64,000 bases of DNA from Perkinsus chesapeaki ATCC PRA-425 (Eukaryota; Protista; Perkinsozoa): assembly GCA_013115145.1 (NCBI GenBank), contig JAAPAO010000059.1, forward strand, positions 34,741-98,740. Reading direction: 5' to 3'. A program made the translations under genes and the position numbers. The notes beneath the pieces were generated by a model. That model did no database searches. It was not told where the DNA came from and saw nothing but the letters and a program-made list of their open reading frames with translations. Positions 24,255 to 36,299 of this stretch are shown piece after piece. Numbering within the stretch: the stretch's first letter is position 1; every line of letters begins with the position of its first letter.

Positions 24255-24686
24255 AATGTAACAAGTAAAGTCCTAACAGATCATCACCATACTTCCACTC
24301 ACGCGAGAGTAAGGTCCGTCCCTCGCCAAAAAGGGCTATAGCGCGCGCCCGGGCGAGTCCGGCCTCAAAAAAAATGTACAGCGTTGCGTGTTAGAGACGT
24401 TGTTGGTATGAAGAGGTTTTTAGAGGCTGTAGATTAAGTTAGCAACTTAGTGGTTATATTAGAGAGATGAACCGGAGGGGTAGGGAGCCACTTAGCTTTT
24501 TCACGTCACGGGATGCCGGGGCTAGAAATTGTAATAATGTCTCTTAGAGTGAAAGGAAGCTTGTTATGTCAGGGGGTCGCTTAGGACCCCTCGGAAAGTC
24601 TTACTATCATTTTCAGCTCAAAAAATAACAAAGTTGTAGATTTGCTGTTCCCTATTGAAATTTCTGTGTAGCCATCAGAGAGTGGC

Positions 24687-25496
24687 ATGATGCTAGATAA
24701 GCAGGATGATGCCTCGAGGGCCGCCGAAGTGGAGAGGAATTTCAATGCCTATTTGAGGACCTCAATATTCGGCCGACACAAAAGTGGTTCTAGGACTCAG
24801 CTGTGAGGCGTTCATACCGACTTTTCCTCAGGTTCCACCCGAATGCGGCAGTCTCAGATAGAGAATCGACCAAGTCCGCCCAAGAGGGACGCCTGCAGCC
24901 ATTCCCTTACCACTGTGTCGGCCCCTTGTACGCGGTTTACTGGACTCCTTGTTGAGGAGGATACATCGTTCGCCGGCTTACCATTGAAGGCCAGGGTCGA
25001 GCGTCTGGCTGAATCATTGGGACATTTGAAACAAGCGCATAATGCAATGCAGAACCAGGTAATGTCGTTGGTGAAGGACGGGGCTTCCATAGCTCTCTGG
25101 CAATTACACTTGTCAGTCGATGCTCTCCGGGTGGTCAAGGCCCATGCCAGGTTCAGCAGAGTCTCGATAGGCTGAGGAGCGAGATGACGGACTCCGCCAA
25201 CGACCTAGCCGAAGTAATGGAACGTGCATCAGGGCAGCTGCGGCAAAATGAGAGGTCGGCTGGCTCGATAATGGTGGTATGTGGCTTATGGCGCTTGTAG
25301 GGAGGCGATGGAGACTAAGTCTGTTTTGGAGGGGCATATAAGTAAGATGGAGATGGCACTGGCTCAACTTGGACGGTATGTGGAGGAGATCGCTGGAAGG
25401 CAAGAGGAAGTTGAGGCTACTGTGAGGGAATTGTCGGTATGGGTGCTTTAGTGGCCATGTTAGATACGGCAAGTTGAGCGAGAAGTTTACGGATAG
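24687..25496 (+). CDS. Coiled-coil hypothetical protein, multi-exon
   Basis: MMLDKQDDASRAAEVERNF; LKARVERLAESLGHLKQAHNAMQNQ; LEGHISKMEMALAQLGRYVEEIAGRQEEVEATVREL heptads joined by short GT-AG introns. Confidence 0.55.
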
Positions 25497-25516
25497 ACCT
25501 ACTTGTTTACTTTGAC

Positions 25517-28500
25517 ATGCACCATTATGATGATGCCTATGGGCGATTTACGAACGACTTGGTCAGCACTTGTGGTGTTATTAAGGCCCATTTTTATTGG
25601 ATATTGTTGTTCAGCTCTTTTGTTCCTTCTGGTACCAATATCAGTTATATATGTCACTACCATCACTGGCAGTATCCTATTCCCAGGAGAACTGGGCAGT
25701 CATGCTCGATGATGCCGACAGATACGCTGTCACGGTCATGTTCATGGTATTACTTGGCAACATCGCCAAACTTATCAATTCGCCCTTACTCAGATTACTT
25801 TGGCGATATTTCTATTTATAATAGATGAGTTTCGCGGCACTCGCCCGAAGGCCTCCACAGCATTCATGCCGGTTTTCTATCCAGATGAGAGCATTCCATG
25901 GTAAGGGGCGTCTGATGGGGGGCATCGGGTCTGAGGGGCTGGATGCTCAGGGCCAAGCTCAACGACTACGAGTACTTCTCTGGCCTTTTCGGGCTCGGAA
26001 TTCGGAAGTGGGCCATCTGGAAGTGGGCAACCGGAGCGATACGTCGCCGTCATGCTAAGTCCCACAAGAGTAGTAGCGGCGGGCAGCCAGTACGCTTGGC
26101 TTATTATTGAGACTATGCTTAGAGTCGACTGAGGAAGGGGAGGAGGTATCCTATCGTGACATGGACCTGCCTTGGGTCACGGTCGTTAATGCGTATATCG
26201 GATATTTGGTCCTGTTCTTGAAGGGCATCTTGAGGGAGTGCTTATGGACAGTGACCTTTAATAAGAGGAAGAATGACAGTGAGAACTGGTGCCCGCAGTG
26301 GTGGAAGGAGTTCTATACTCAACACATGTAACATCATCTACGGTGATATTTCCTATTGGCAATGCTTAGGTACAGAAGGATCGAAGACTGTTGGAACAGG
26401 CCAATATGTTCGGCACCTGGGAGCACGATCGATGTAGCCGTTGCGGTCCTTCGTAGCACGAGTCAGCGCATGTGGCAGGTGTTGGTCCGTTCTCGTCCAA
26501 ATGACATCCTCAAAAGGTTTGGGAAATTCCAGCCCACTGGTGAAGTTCAGAGAGGCTGCATTAATCTGGCCTCATATAACTACCTGGGCTTCGGTGGTAC
26601 CGACAAATACTGTAATAAAGATTGTTGAGCTTTGGACGTATCTTGAGGTCAACTTAAGGTACTCCGTTGGCCATTAAGGCTCTGGACGAGTACGGCTTGG
26701 CTGTATGTGCCTCAAGGCCGGAGTATGGCGGTAAGTCCGGGCTGATTGGGGTGGGCTTGGTGGAATTGGTTTTGTTAGGAACTAATAGACTGCATAACGA
26801 GTTTGAGTCAAAGGTCGCGGCATTTTTGGGAAAGGAAGATGCCCTAGTTATGGGCATGGGTTTCGCCACTAACAGTAATGATAAGGGGGAGACGTGTGCA
26901 CCGAGATCGCCATTAGGAGTATCTTAGGTTGATCCTAGGTCATCACATTCAGGTACTTTCCTTGGAGCCTTGGCTATGACTGAAGGTGGCTCTACTGCTA
27001 AGAAAGTACTACACTGCCTTTCACGGATGCTGTCGGGCACTCAGCTTTGAGTGGTATTTCAGACTCTTTTCGTTTCGGATCAACTGAACCACAAGTCAAT
27101 CGTTGAGGGCGTTAAACAGAGTAGCGCCAAGGTCATCGGATTTAAGCATAATAATATGCATGACCTTGAGAAAATTTTGGATAGAGAGACCCGTACTATG
27201 TGGTGGCAGCGTAGGTTCGTGGCATTGGCCGGGCAGGTTCGGGCAAATGGGCTAAGATCGTTATTATTGTTGAGGGTATTTATTCGATGGAGGGAGAGTT
27301 CTGCCGCTTGAGAGAGACTGTAAGGAAGAAGCAGCAGCAGCTACTGCTTGAATTTGGTTGTTATAATGCTGGCTGCTGTGGTAATCAGGTCTCCTTGAAA
27401 AACAAGTATAACTGTTACTTATGGCTTGATGAGGCTCACTCCATCGGAGCGGTCGGGCCTACTGGACGTGGTATTACTGAACTTTTTGGCGTTGGTAGGC
27501 GCAGCGAAGCACTGGAGGTCCTCGACGGTTTAATTGGTTTATTAGATACTTCGGAGGTTGATATTATGATGGGCACTTTTACTAAGTCGTTCGGTTCTAA
27601 TGGCGGTTACATTGCCAGCACCAACGAGTGCATTCAGGTGCTGTCTGTTTGGGGAGGTTTATCCGCCTATTCGGGAAGCTAGTCTTTCTCAGCACCTTCG
27701 CCGTTGTTCCTTGGGCTGGCTACATGGTGCTGCGATGCCGCCTATGGTAACAGCTCAGGCAATGGCCGCTCTAGATTTACTGTCTACTGAAAGGGGCAAG
27801 GCTAAGGTAGTGGCAGCTGGCTAGGGGGGGGAGGGAGACAGCTTTTGTGCAACAGTTACGTGCTGTACGAGAAAATGCCAACTACCTCCGTGAGGGTCTA
27901 ATGAAGCTCAATTTACGTGTTATCGGCGATATCGATTCCCCTGTTATCTGCGTTATGCTGGTAATAGCTTGGATGGGTTACCTTCGTCTTTGTTATTATC
28001 ACTGATAGGTTCATCCCGAGAAGATTGCTCGCTTCTCTAGGGAATGCCTGAAGAGGAACATTGCGGCTGTTGTGGTAGGTCCATCATCCTGGCTTGGGCA
28101 GTGGGGAGCTTGCTCTGTGCCAGGTGGGGTACCCGGCAACACCAGTGATTCTGTCTCGAGCCAGATTTTGTGTGAGCGCCAGTCACACTAAGGAGCAGTT
28201 GGATGAGACACTCCGTGTCGTTAAAGAGGTCTCCCATATCGTCGGTAATTAGACCACTGGGACCCGGTCGTGTCGCTCGGTAGTTTCGGTCGCACTCGGG
28301 AAATTTTCTTTTGCAAATCGCCGCGGGGAGTGCGTTGGTTATCAACGCACTCATATCACTCATATCACGATATCACGCATATCGGGCAGTACTATGATGC
28401 TTCCTCGTGACTTCTCCCGTGTAGGAGTGCGAGTGACGTAAAAGGGTATATTGATTAACATGAATTTTACCGTACTTGTATATCGTATACAGATATAGTA

Positions 28501-30157
28501 ATAGAATGGAAATATTTCTGGCAGAAGGGTGCATGGTTACACGGTGTCAGGTATTGAGTACGGTAACAACACCGATGAGAATGCAGCCAAGGCATATAGG
28601 AAGTATCTTGCCGAAGCTCCTATTGCGACTGAGCCCCTAGATGGCCTTGAAGCATACTGGAATCCTGAGCCATTGGTGCCTGCTACACTAGAGGAGGACA
28701 GGGAGAATCTGTCGAGCAAAAGTAGGATACGGGAGAGGTTGGTTGGAGGTCCATGTGGAGCGGTAGGCACTTCTGCTACCAACTCTCCCCGAGATAGCGG
28801 CGCCAGTGAGACCGAGGATGAGCAGCAGGCCAAGGGCTTGCTTGATTTCGCCACCATCGATCCTCTGGCATTGCAGCACAAGCCAGATGAGAGGTTGATG
28901 AAGGTTGCTAGGGACGTCGTAAGGGAGAAGGGTGTGGGTGCATGTGGCCCTCGAGGCTTCTATGGTAGCACTGTTCCCTTGGGTTTGGGACCGGAATGAG
29001 TGGCATCAGGTACGACGGTGGAGCACTTGGATCTCGAAAAGGCTATCACTGAGTTCCTGGGCACCGAGGCTTCGATTGTCTACAGCCATCACACTGTGTC
29101 CGATTCTAGTGTGGTAAGTGGTGGTGGAGGTGTTGCCGTCTCCAGGCGGATGATTGGATCCATCAGATCCAAGCATTCATCACCAAGAATGATTTTGTCA
29201 TCGTCCATAAGGACGCGAATCCACACATGTGCATCGGCCTTAACTTGTCCCGCGCTAAGAACATCACTTGGTGGTCCGGAGACATCGCCGAGCTGGCGCA
29301 TTTGGTGGAGACGCAGAGCAAGGAAGTGAAGCTGGCTGCCCGAGCTGGAAGACTTTGGATACTTATGGATAGCAATTATGGAGTCGACTTGGCTCAGGTG
29401 AGTTGAGGAAATATAAGACTGGATAAGATCGCAAGATTTTCCTTTCAAGGTGGTCGAGATTAAGGAGGAATTCGGTGCTTACCTGTTGCTTGATGACACT
29501 TATGGTATTGGAGCCGTCGGCGAGACTGGTCGAGGCTACTGTGAATATTACGGGGTAAGTATGAGCCGATTGCACTGTGATAGTGTAGAGCTGATTTCTC
29601 AGGTTCCACCCTCCTCGGTAGACCTTCTTATTGGATCACTTGAGCACGCTTTCGGTTCCCAAGGTGGATTCTGCGCCGGCAAGCAGACGAGCATCGACCA
29701 TCAGACGCTTTATGGGAGCGGTTACTGCTTCAGTGCTAGTTCCCCACCAGCATCATGCAAGTTTGCTGCCGAGACCATGAGACACTTGGCTGGCAGTGAC
29801 CGTCTAGGTCGCCTTCAGGCTAACGTTGAGCAGCTCAGGCAATGCTTAGAAGATGCCGGTTTGGATCTTCTTACGGACTCCCAGTCGTTTGCGCAGATCG
29901 CGGAGGTCCCCGATGCCCAGCGTGTTGCCAATGCGCTTCAGTCGAGCGGCTTTGCGGTGCAACCATTACTGATATCACCCCTTGAGAAGGGTGGCTTGGC
30001 CGCGGTGGAGCGCAAGAATACCCTTTTGAGAATCTGCGTACGTGCTGATCACACTGCAGCTCAAATCTCCCAGTTCGGTGCCTGTGTTAAACAGCTGGAG
30101 GCCTCAGCTGTGACATCCTGCGCCAAGGGTGATGAGGGCTGCGCCGCCGCTCTGTAA
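25517..30157 (+). CDS. Single-chain serine palmitoyltransferase A: N-terminal TM + LCB2 half fused in frame to LCB1 half
   Basis: LCB2 motifs [33 protein letters not shown] (PLP Lys codon 27584), [21 protein letters not shown]. Phase-1 intron 28245-28550 joins to LCB1 motifs [43 protein letters not shown] (no PLP Lys). 5' exons uncertain. Confidence 0.85.
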
Positions 30158-31218
30158 ATTATGCCTATTCGCGGCCGTTATCGAATTAGTAGCATTCCAT
30201 ACGCCATAAAGCCGCCGTCGGTTCGATTCTACTACGTTTCCTAAGCGTCCCTGTACTTGGCGGTAACAGTATCAGTCTTCCCTGTATGCGTCGCTAAAAG
30301 CTCGACTGTTGAAGCCTATCTCACGGGGTCACTGATGAAGCAGCAGCTATGGTTCACAAGTAGTGTTTTATATCTACGGACGATAATACTATTCTATTGT
30401 TTTTGCCTTGATAAATAAAAGAGGCCATATGTGTCTTTGTCGTCGTTCTGCCGTTGCCGAGGCTTATGTGTAATATTTGTTACAGCTTAAGTCTCGGTTG
30501 GTATTTGTCTGCTACTGTTGGTGATGAGTTTGTTATATATAGGCGAAGCAGCAGCAGCTCATCTCGATGTGATCTATCGAATGTATGGTATGATTTCTAT
30601 TCCTCACCATTGTAATCCTTGCTAGAATGCCGCAGCCGCAGCAAACGCCATCTGCTGCTGCTGCTGCTGTTGCTTAGAATCTGTACTGATATGGTCATAA
30701 ATGGTAGCTCCTACTGTAGCCCACTATTCTTTAACAGGGAGCAGGAGCATTGTCAAGATTTGCTATTCACCGTCCGTCGGGCGAATCGAGTAACGGATTA
30801 ATAATAATACGGCTTTGGTTGTTGGAGTGTTCAGGGATCGGGCGGCCCAGTTGGTATGGGGACAGTTTTTGTGACGCGGCTTAGAACTTCAACTGCTCAT
30901 AGTCCTGGGTCAATATGGCATTTCAGCCTCCCTTTTCCGAATAGTCACTTGTGTCGTATCGGGATACCTATTTATCCTACCCACTTGAACTCCTCCTCTT
31001 ATCATTGGCTGTCTGTCCATTGATAAAGTTAGTATTGTGCAGCGGTGTCCCCTAGGATGTACTAGCCGTAGATATATGCCTGGAATTGCACGCATTTAGG
31101 GATGTTGGCAGTCCTGAATATATCTTAATCAGTATCGAGTCAGTCTTGCCTTGATTCTATTGTCATCTTTGTGCAGTTCATTTACTTGCCTAACACACAT
31201 ACCCCTTGCTTAAATAGG

Positions 31219-34200
31219 ATGATCGCTGAGGCTACAATGTTGGCTGAATCCGCGTGCAATTCGACGACAGTTGCCGATATCGCTTCCGGCATGGCTCCGC
31301 CTCATGATGGAGCCCTTTCGGATGTCGACACAACCGTCTACACATTCACGGTTGTCTTCATGGTCGGGCTGCTCCTCTCACTTGGTTGTTGTTCACTTTT
31401 CCTTTTCAGATGGCGCTGGCTGTGCTTTTGTTCGTAGCAGATGACAAGCGCGGAACCCGGCCGAAATCTTCCATGGCCTTTTACACTGTATTCTATCCCG
31501 ATGAATCGATTCCTTGGTAGGTTGTCGCAGCGCTACCTCTGATCGTGTATCGCTTGTTCAGGGGGCACTTCGCATTCAATGACTACATTGGCGGCCTCTT
31601 CGGCCTCGGTATCAACAAGGAGACCATTCTTAAGTTCGTCTCCAAATATGTCAGGAAATCTCCTGCAGGCAAGCTGTCCGTTTTGCTGATTTATTTGCTT
31701 CACGCTGGTCTTGGCAGATTCGAGCCCCAAGGCAGCGGGGACCAAGTCGATCGCACCGAGGTTTGAGCATCAGTATCTTACGTGGCCCACAGTGTTACAC
31801 GCCTACTGGCAGTTTGCCGTTCTGTTTTTGAAGGGCATCTCCAAGGAGGCCTTATGGACCATCACATTCAGTAAGAACGAGAACGATACCGAGAACTGGA
31901 ACACCGAGTGGTGGAAGGAGTTCTACACGCAGCATCTGTGAGTTAGTCGCGAAACCTGTGGGATGATGATTGTGACGCCGTGACGCCGCCGTAGGTATCA
32001 CCGTATCGAGGACTGCTTCAACCAGGTCATCAGTTCCGCGCCGGGCAGCACCGTCGACGTAAGTCTTCGACGTAAGTGGTTATGTATCTATGTTCAGGTT
32101 TGCCTGAGAGACCGTCCGCATAATATCTTTAAACGGTATGGCAGATTAGAGCTCACCGGGAAGGTCCGTCGAGGTTGCATCAATCTTGCCTCTTACAACT
32201 ACCTTGGTTTCGGCGGCAGAGATGATTACTGCTCTCCCAAAGTCATCGAGGCTGTCAAGGACTATGGTTTCGCTTCTGGAGTGTCTAGCCGAGCCGAGGC
32301 AGGCGGCACCAATAGCCTCCATGTGAAGCTAGAGTCGATGGTTGCTGACTACCTTGGCAAGGAGGATGCCTTGGTCATGGGCATGGGCTTCGCCACTAAC
32401 AGTAGGAAAGATACTCCTTATCAGCAGCTTCTTGGAAGTGACGTTATCAGGTATGCTTTTGGCAGCAGTTGCGCTCACCTCCCCTCAGTACGCCAACAAG
32501 CCGGTAAGCAGCTTTTGTGGAGTTTTGGACATTTAAAGGTTGTCACAGACGCTATTCGTCTCGGACTCCTTGAACCACAAATCTATCGTCGAAGGCGTGA
32601 AACAGAGCACGGCGAAGGTCATCGGCTTCAAGCATAACGATATGCGCGATCTGGAGAATGTCCTTGACAGAGAAACTCGTAGGGAGGGAGGACGCGGGTT
32701 CGATCCCCGGCAGCAGCATCTATTTTAAATAGGCTCTGGCAAGTGGGCTAAAATTATCATCCTCACTGAAGGTGTCTACTCTATGGAAGGCGAGTTCTGT
32801 CGACTCAGAGAGATTGTACGTCACCATCGGTCTTTTTCTTCTTATTGAATTCTACGTCCCTATAGGTTACTCTAAAGCATCGCTACCACTGTTATCTGTG
32901 GCTCGATGAAGCTCACTCTATCGGAGCTGTCGGTCCTACTGGCCGTGGCGTAACAGAGCTTCTCGGTGTTGGTAGGCCGCCCCCCACTTAGGAAGGCTTT
33001 AATGAATAATGGCCGCCTCAGATACCAAGCATGTCGATATGATGATGGGCACATTCACCAAGTCGTTTGGCTCCAACGGTGGCTATGTCGCCGGTGATAA
33101 GACTCTAATAGATGTAAGGCGGCTCGGGAGAATCCAGGTTAAATAATCACAACTAGATCTTCTATTGTTCTATGATAAAAGTACCTCGTAGTAGATAGCT
33201 AGATGAACTTATATGATAGCTTGTAGCTAGCGTATGTGCATCATCAACTCAGTAAATATACCACAAGCTATACCACAGCTATATTATTATTGTACGTTGA
33301 TGACATGGTAAAGCACACAAAAATAATGAATGATGGAAATATTTACTTTTCCGCTTCAGTACCTGCGCGCGACTTCAACTGGATATCTGCATGCTTCGGC
33401 CATGACACCGATGGTAACCTCCCAAATCATTGCGGCCTTTGAGGTCATGAAGACGCCTAGAGGACAGGATAAGGCAAGAAGCCTGTTTTCCACGGTGCAG
33501 TGCTCCCAGTGCTTCGCTCCGCCTTTTTTAGATCCGGGCTATTCGTGAGAATTCCAACTACCTCCGCAGTGAACTGAGGAAGCTGAAGCTTACCGTTATC
33601 GGCGATATCGATTCCCCGGTCATCTGTGTTCTCCTGTGTGTGCCGGAGACGATTCCGGCCTTCTTCCGGGCAGCTCTGGAGCGCAACCTTGCCTGTGTTG
33701 TGGTGAGGCCACGTTGCGCACTATGAAGATTTTATCAGCCTACGTATCTTAGGTTGGATACCCGGCTGTGCCCGTGCTTCTGTCCAGAGTACGTTTCTGC
33801 GTCAGTGCCAGTCACACCAAGGAGCAGATCGATTACACCGTGGCTATGGTGAAGGAGGTTGCGAAGGAGACCGGTACGCTGCCTCCTGTTTGGTGGTCAG
33901 CAGCCTCCACCGTAGGTATCTGCTACGACAACTCCGTGTCGGACGAGGAAGCCGCTTCCTATCGCCACTGGCTGTCTCACGCCCCGCTCGAGACCACGGA
34001 GCTACCGCATCTTTCTGACTATTGGACGCCGGACGATCTGGTGCCCAATTGCAAGTTTGAAGTTCCTCATAACGGTTTGATATTCCCTTCCGAAGATACA
34101 AGTATGTATACTCCTCAACTAGGTTCCTGCAGCATCGCTTGCCGTAGGTACGGTGTCCAGCACACCTGTGGGCGGCTGCGACCGTGATGAGCCTCTACAA

Positions 34201-35751
34201 GAGTTCGCCACATTCGACCCTCTTTCCCTTCTCCATGACCCACCGAAGGCAGTTACTGATCCGGCCTTCTCGGTCATCGAGGAGAGGGGCGTCGGCGCCT
34301 GCGGTCCTAGAGGCTTCTACGGTACCTTGCTCTCACTGTGGGTTCCTGTATATGTCGCGAGTTTTGCAGGCACTACTCTGGAGCATCTTGAGCTTGAGAA
34401 GGTCATCAAGGAATTCTTGGAGACCGAGGCTGCTATTCTATACAGTCACCACGCTCTCACTGCCTCCAGCGCGGTAGGTTATCCTCATCCCGGTGGGCGC
34501 GGCGGGGGATGTGGTTTGTCAGGCCCAAGCCTTTATCAAGAAGAATGACTTTGTTATTATCCACAAGTATGCAACCTACGGCATTCGAACCGGTGTGAAG
34601 CTGTCCCGATGCCGAAACGTGACTTGGTGGTCTGGGGACTTGGACGAACTGTTCGAGCTTGTCGAGGCTAAGATGCGCCAAGTGAAGCTATCCAGCCATG
34701 CTTGCCGAGTCTGGGTCGTTATGGATGCCCAGTTTGGTGTTGATCTCAGAAAGGTAAGCCTCTTGTTGTCCAAAGCTGCACTCGGCGTTTATTACTCCTC
34801 TATGGGGAAATGGCTCAGCTGGAGGAGACATTGCCTGTAAAGACGGGGCAAATCCAACGGTGCAGAGTACTTGAACTTCTGTCATCACATCTGCGTTGTA
34901 TGACTATATTTTTGCTAGTATGCGATCGTGCATGCCGATATAGTATAAATTAGTGAGGCGATAAGTGTGGTACAGTAGTAGGTATGGTCGTACTTGTTCA
35001 CTGTGGTCAAGATTTATTATACCGTTTTTCTCACAAATCGCCATGTGATATATACTTATTAAATGTCCATACCGTCTGTATACGTCTGCTCAGGTCGTTG
35101 ATATCAAGGATGAGTTCGGCGCATACTTGCTTCTCGATGACAGCTATGGTATCGGCACAGTCGGCGCTACAGGCCGTGGCTACTGTGAGCACTACGGGGT
35201 AAGAACATCCTACCACCACTGCCAATAAGGCAGCTGCTTCTCTGTAGGTTCGATGCTCTTCGGTGGATATTCTTGTGGGCTCTCTAGAACAGACCTTCGG
35301 TTCCCAAGGAGGATTCTGTGCCGGCAAACAGACTACCATCGATCACCAGACGCTTTATGCCAGCGGTTACTGCTTCAGTGCTAGTTCCCCGCCAGCATCG
35401 TGCAAGGTTGCTACTGAGGCAATCAAGCGAGTTCAAGGAAGCGAGCGTCTGGCTCGCATCCAAGCCAACACTCGACGCCTCCGACGTGACCTGGAGGAGA
35501 GTGGCGCGGACATGCTTACCGATGGTCAATCGTTCACGCAGGTCGTCAGAGTGGCTGATGCTCAGAAGGTGGCCTCAGCTATGCAAGAAAGGGGATTTGT
35601 TGTTCAACCATTGCTGAGCTCACCTTTAGAAAATGAAGGCCTAGCAGCCGAGAAGAACACATTGCTCAGGATAGCCGTAGGCGCTCATCACAGCCCTGAG
35701 GCCATCGATCAGTGTGTTAACTGCCTTAAAGAGGTCTCTGTGGCTTGCTAA
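31219..35751 (+). CDS. Single-chain serine palmitoyltransferase B (tandem paralog, LCB2-LCB1 fusion)
   Basis: Same motifs: [30 protein letters not shown] (Lys codon 33060), [21 protein letters not shown]; 42-nt intron 33874-33915; [34 protein letters not shown]; stop at 35751. Confidence 0.88.
32690..32718 (+). other. tRNA 3'-half-like fragment in SPT-B intron
   Basis: GGACGCGGGTTCGATCCCCGGCAGCAGCA: T-arm plus acceptor-like 3' strand, with TTTT shortly after; no 5' half seen. Confidence 0.5.
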
Positions 35752-36299
35752 CTTGGCCCTTTATTACCCGTCGTGGCGTACTATTAATTTGCAAGCTTTC
35801 TGCAATAAAATGCTATCGACGAGCTCTTTACTGTACAGTACAGTTATTCCCAGTAAATTATCTTACCTATCATCATTTGCTAACAGCTGCTCTCCTCCTC
35901 CTAGCCTGCATCAATTATGCTGTTCTAGCCTGGAGCGCTGCTGCATATATCATATTCCTTTGTTGCCTTTGGGAAGCGGCCCCCCCGTCATCGCCAGGGC
36001 CCAGCAAGTTCCTCTTCTTGGTTCCTTGCTAGCAGATCCTTGTTTCCGCTAGTGTCGCTTTGTAGTGCTGAGGCCCTGGTGATGGCCCGTCTAAAGGGTG
36101 GCCTGCGGCCCAGTTATCCGGGACACAATCGTCCAAAAGAGAAACAATAAATTTCTTCCGTCTGTCTCTTCCTTACCGTCGTTTTGCGTTGAAGTCAGTC
36201 ATGCCCAGGCGCCTATGGGAGGACCCAGTTGCCACTAGCGCATGCGTGCAGCCTTCGTTGCCATCGGTTCCCTCGTATTTATAGCCTGCGGTGTAGCAT

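Noticed and set aside
24668-24676. Spliced-leader relics (GTAGCCATC here; CCGTAGCC near 40517)
   Set aside because: Only 8-9 nt match to the ~22-nt leader; compatible with chance.
30540-31100. Possible small gene between the SPT paralogs
   Set aside because: CAG/CTG microsatellite-rich; no consistent exon chain could be built.
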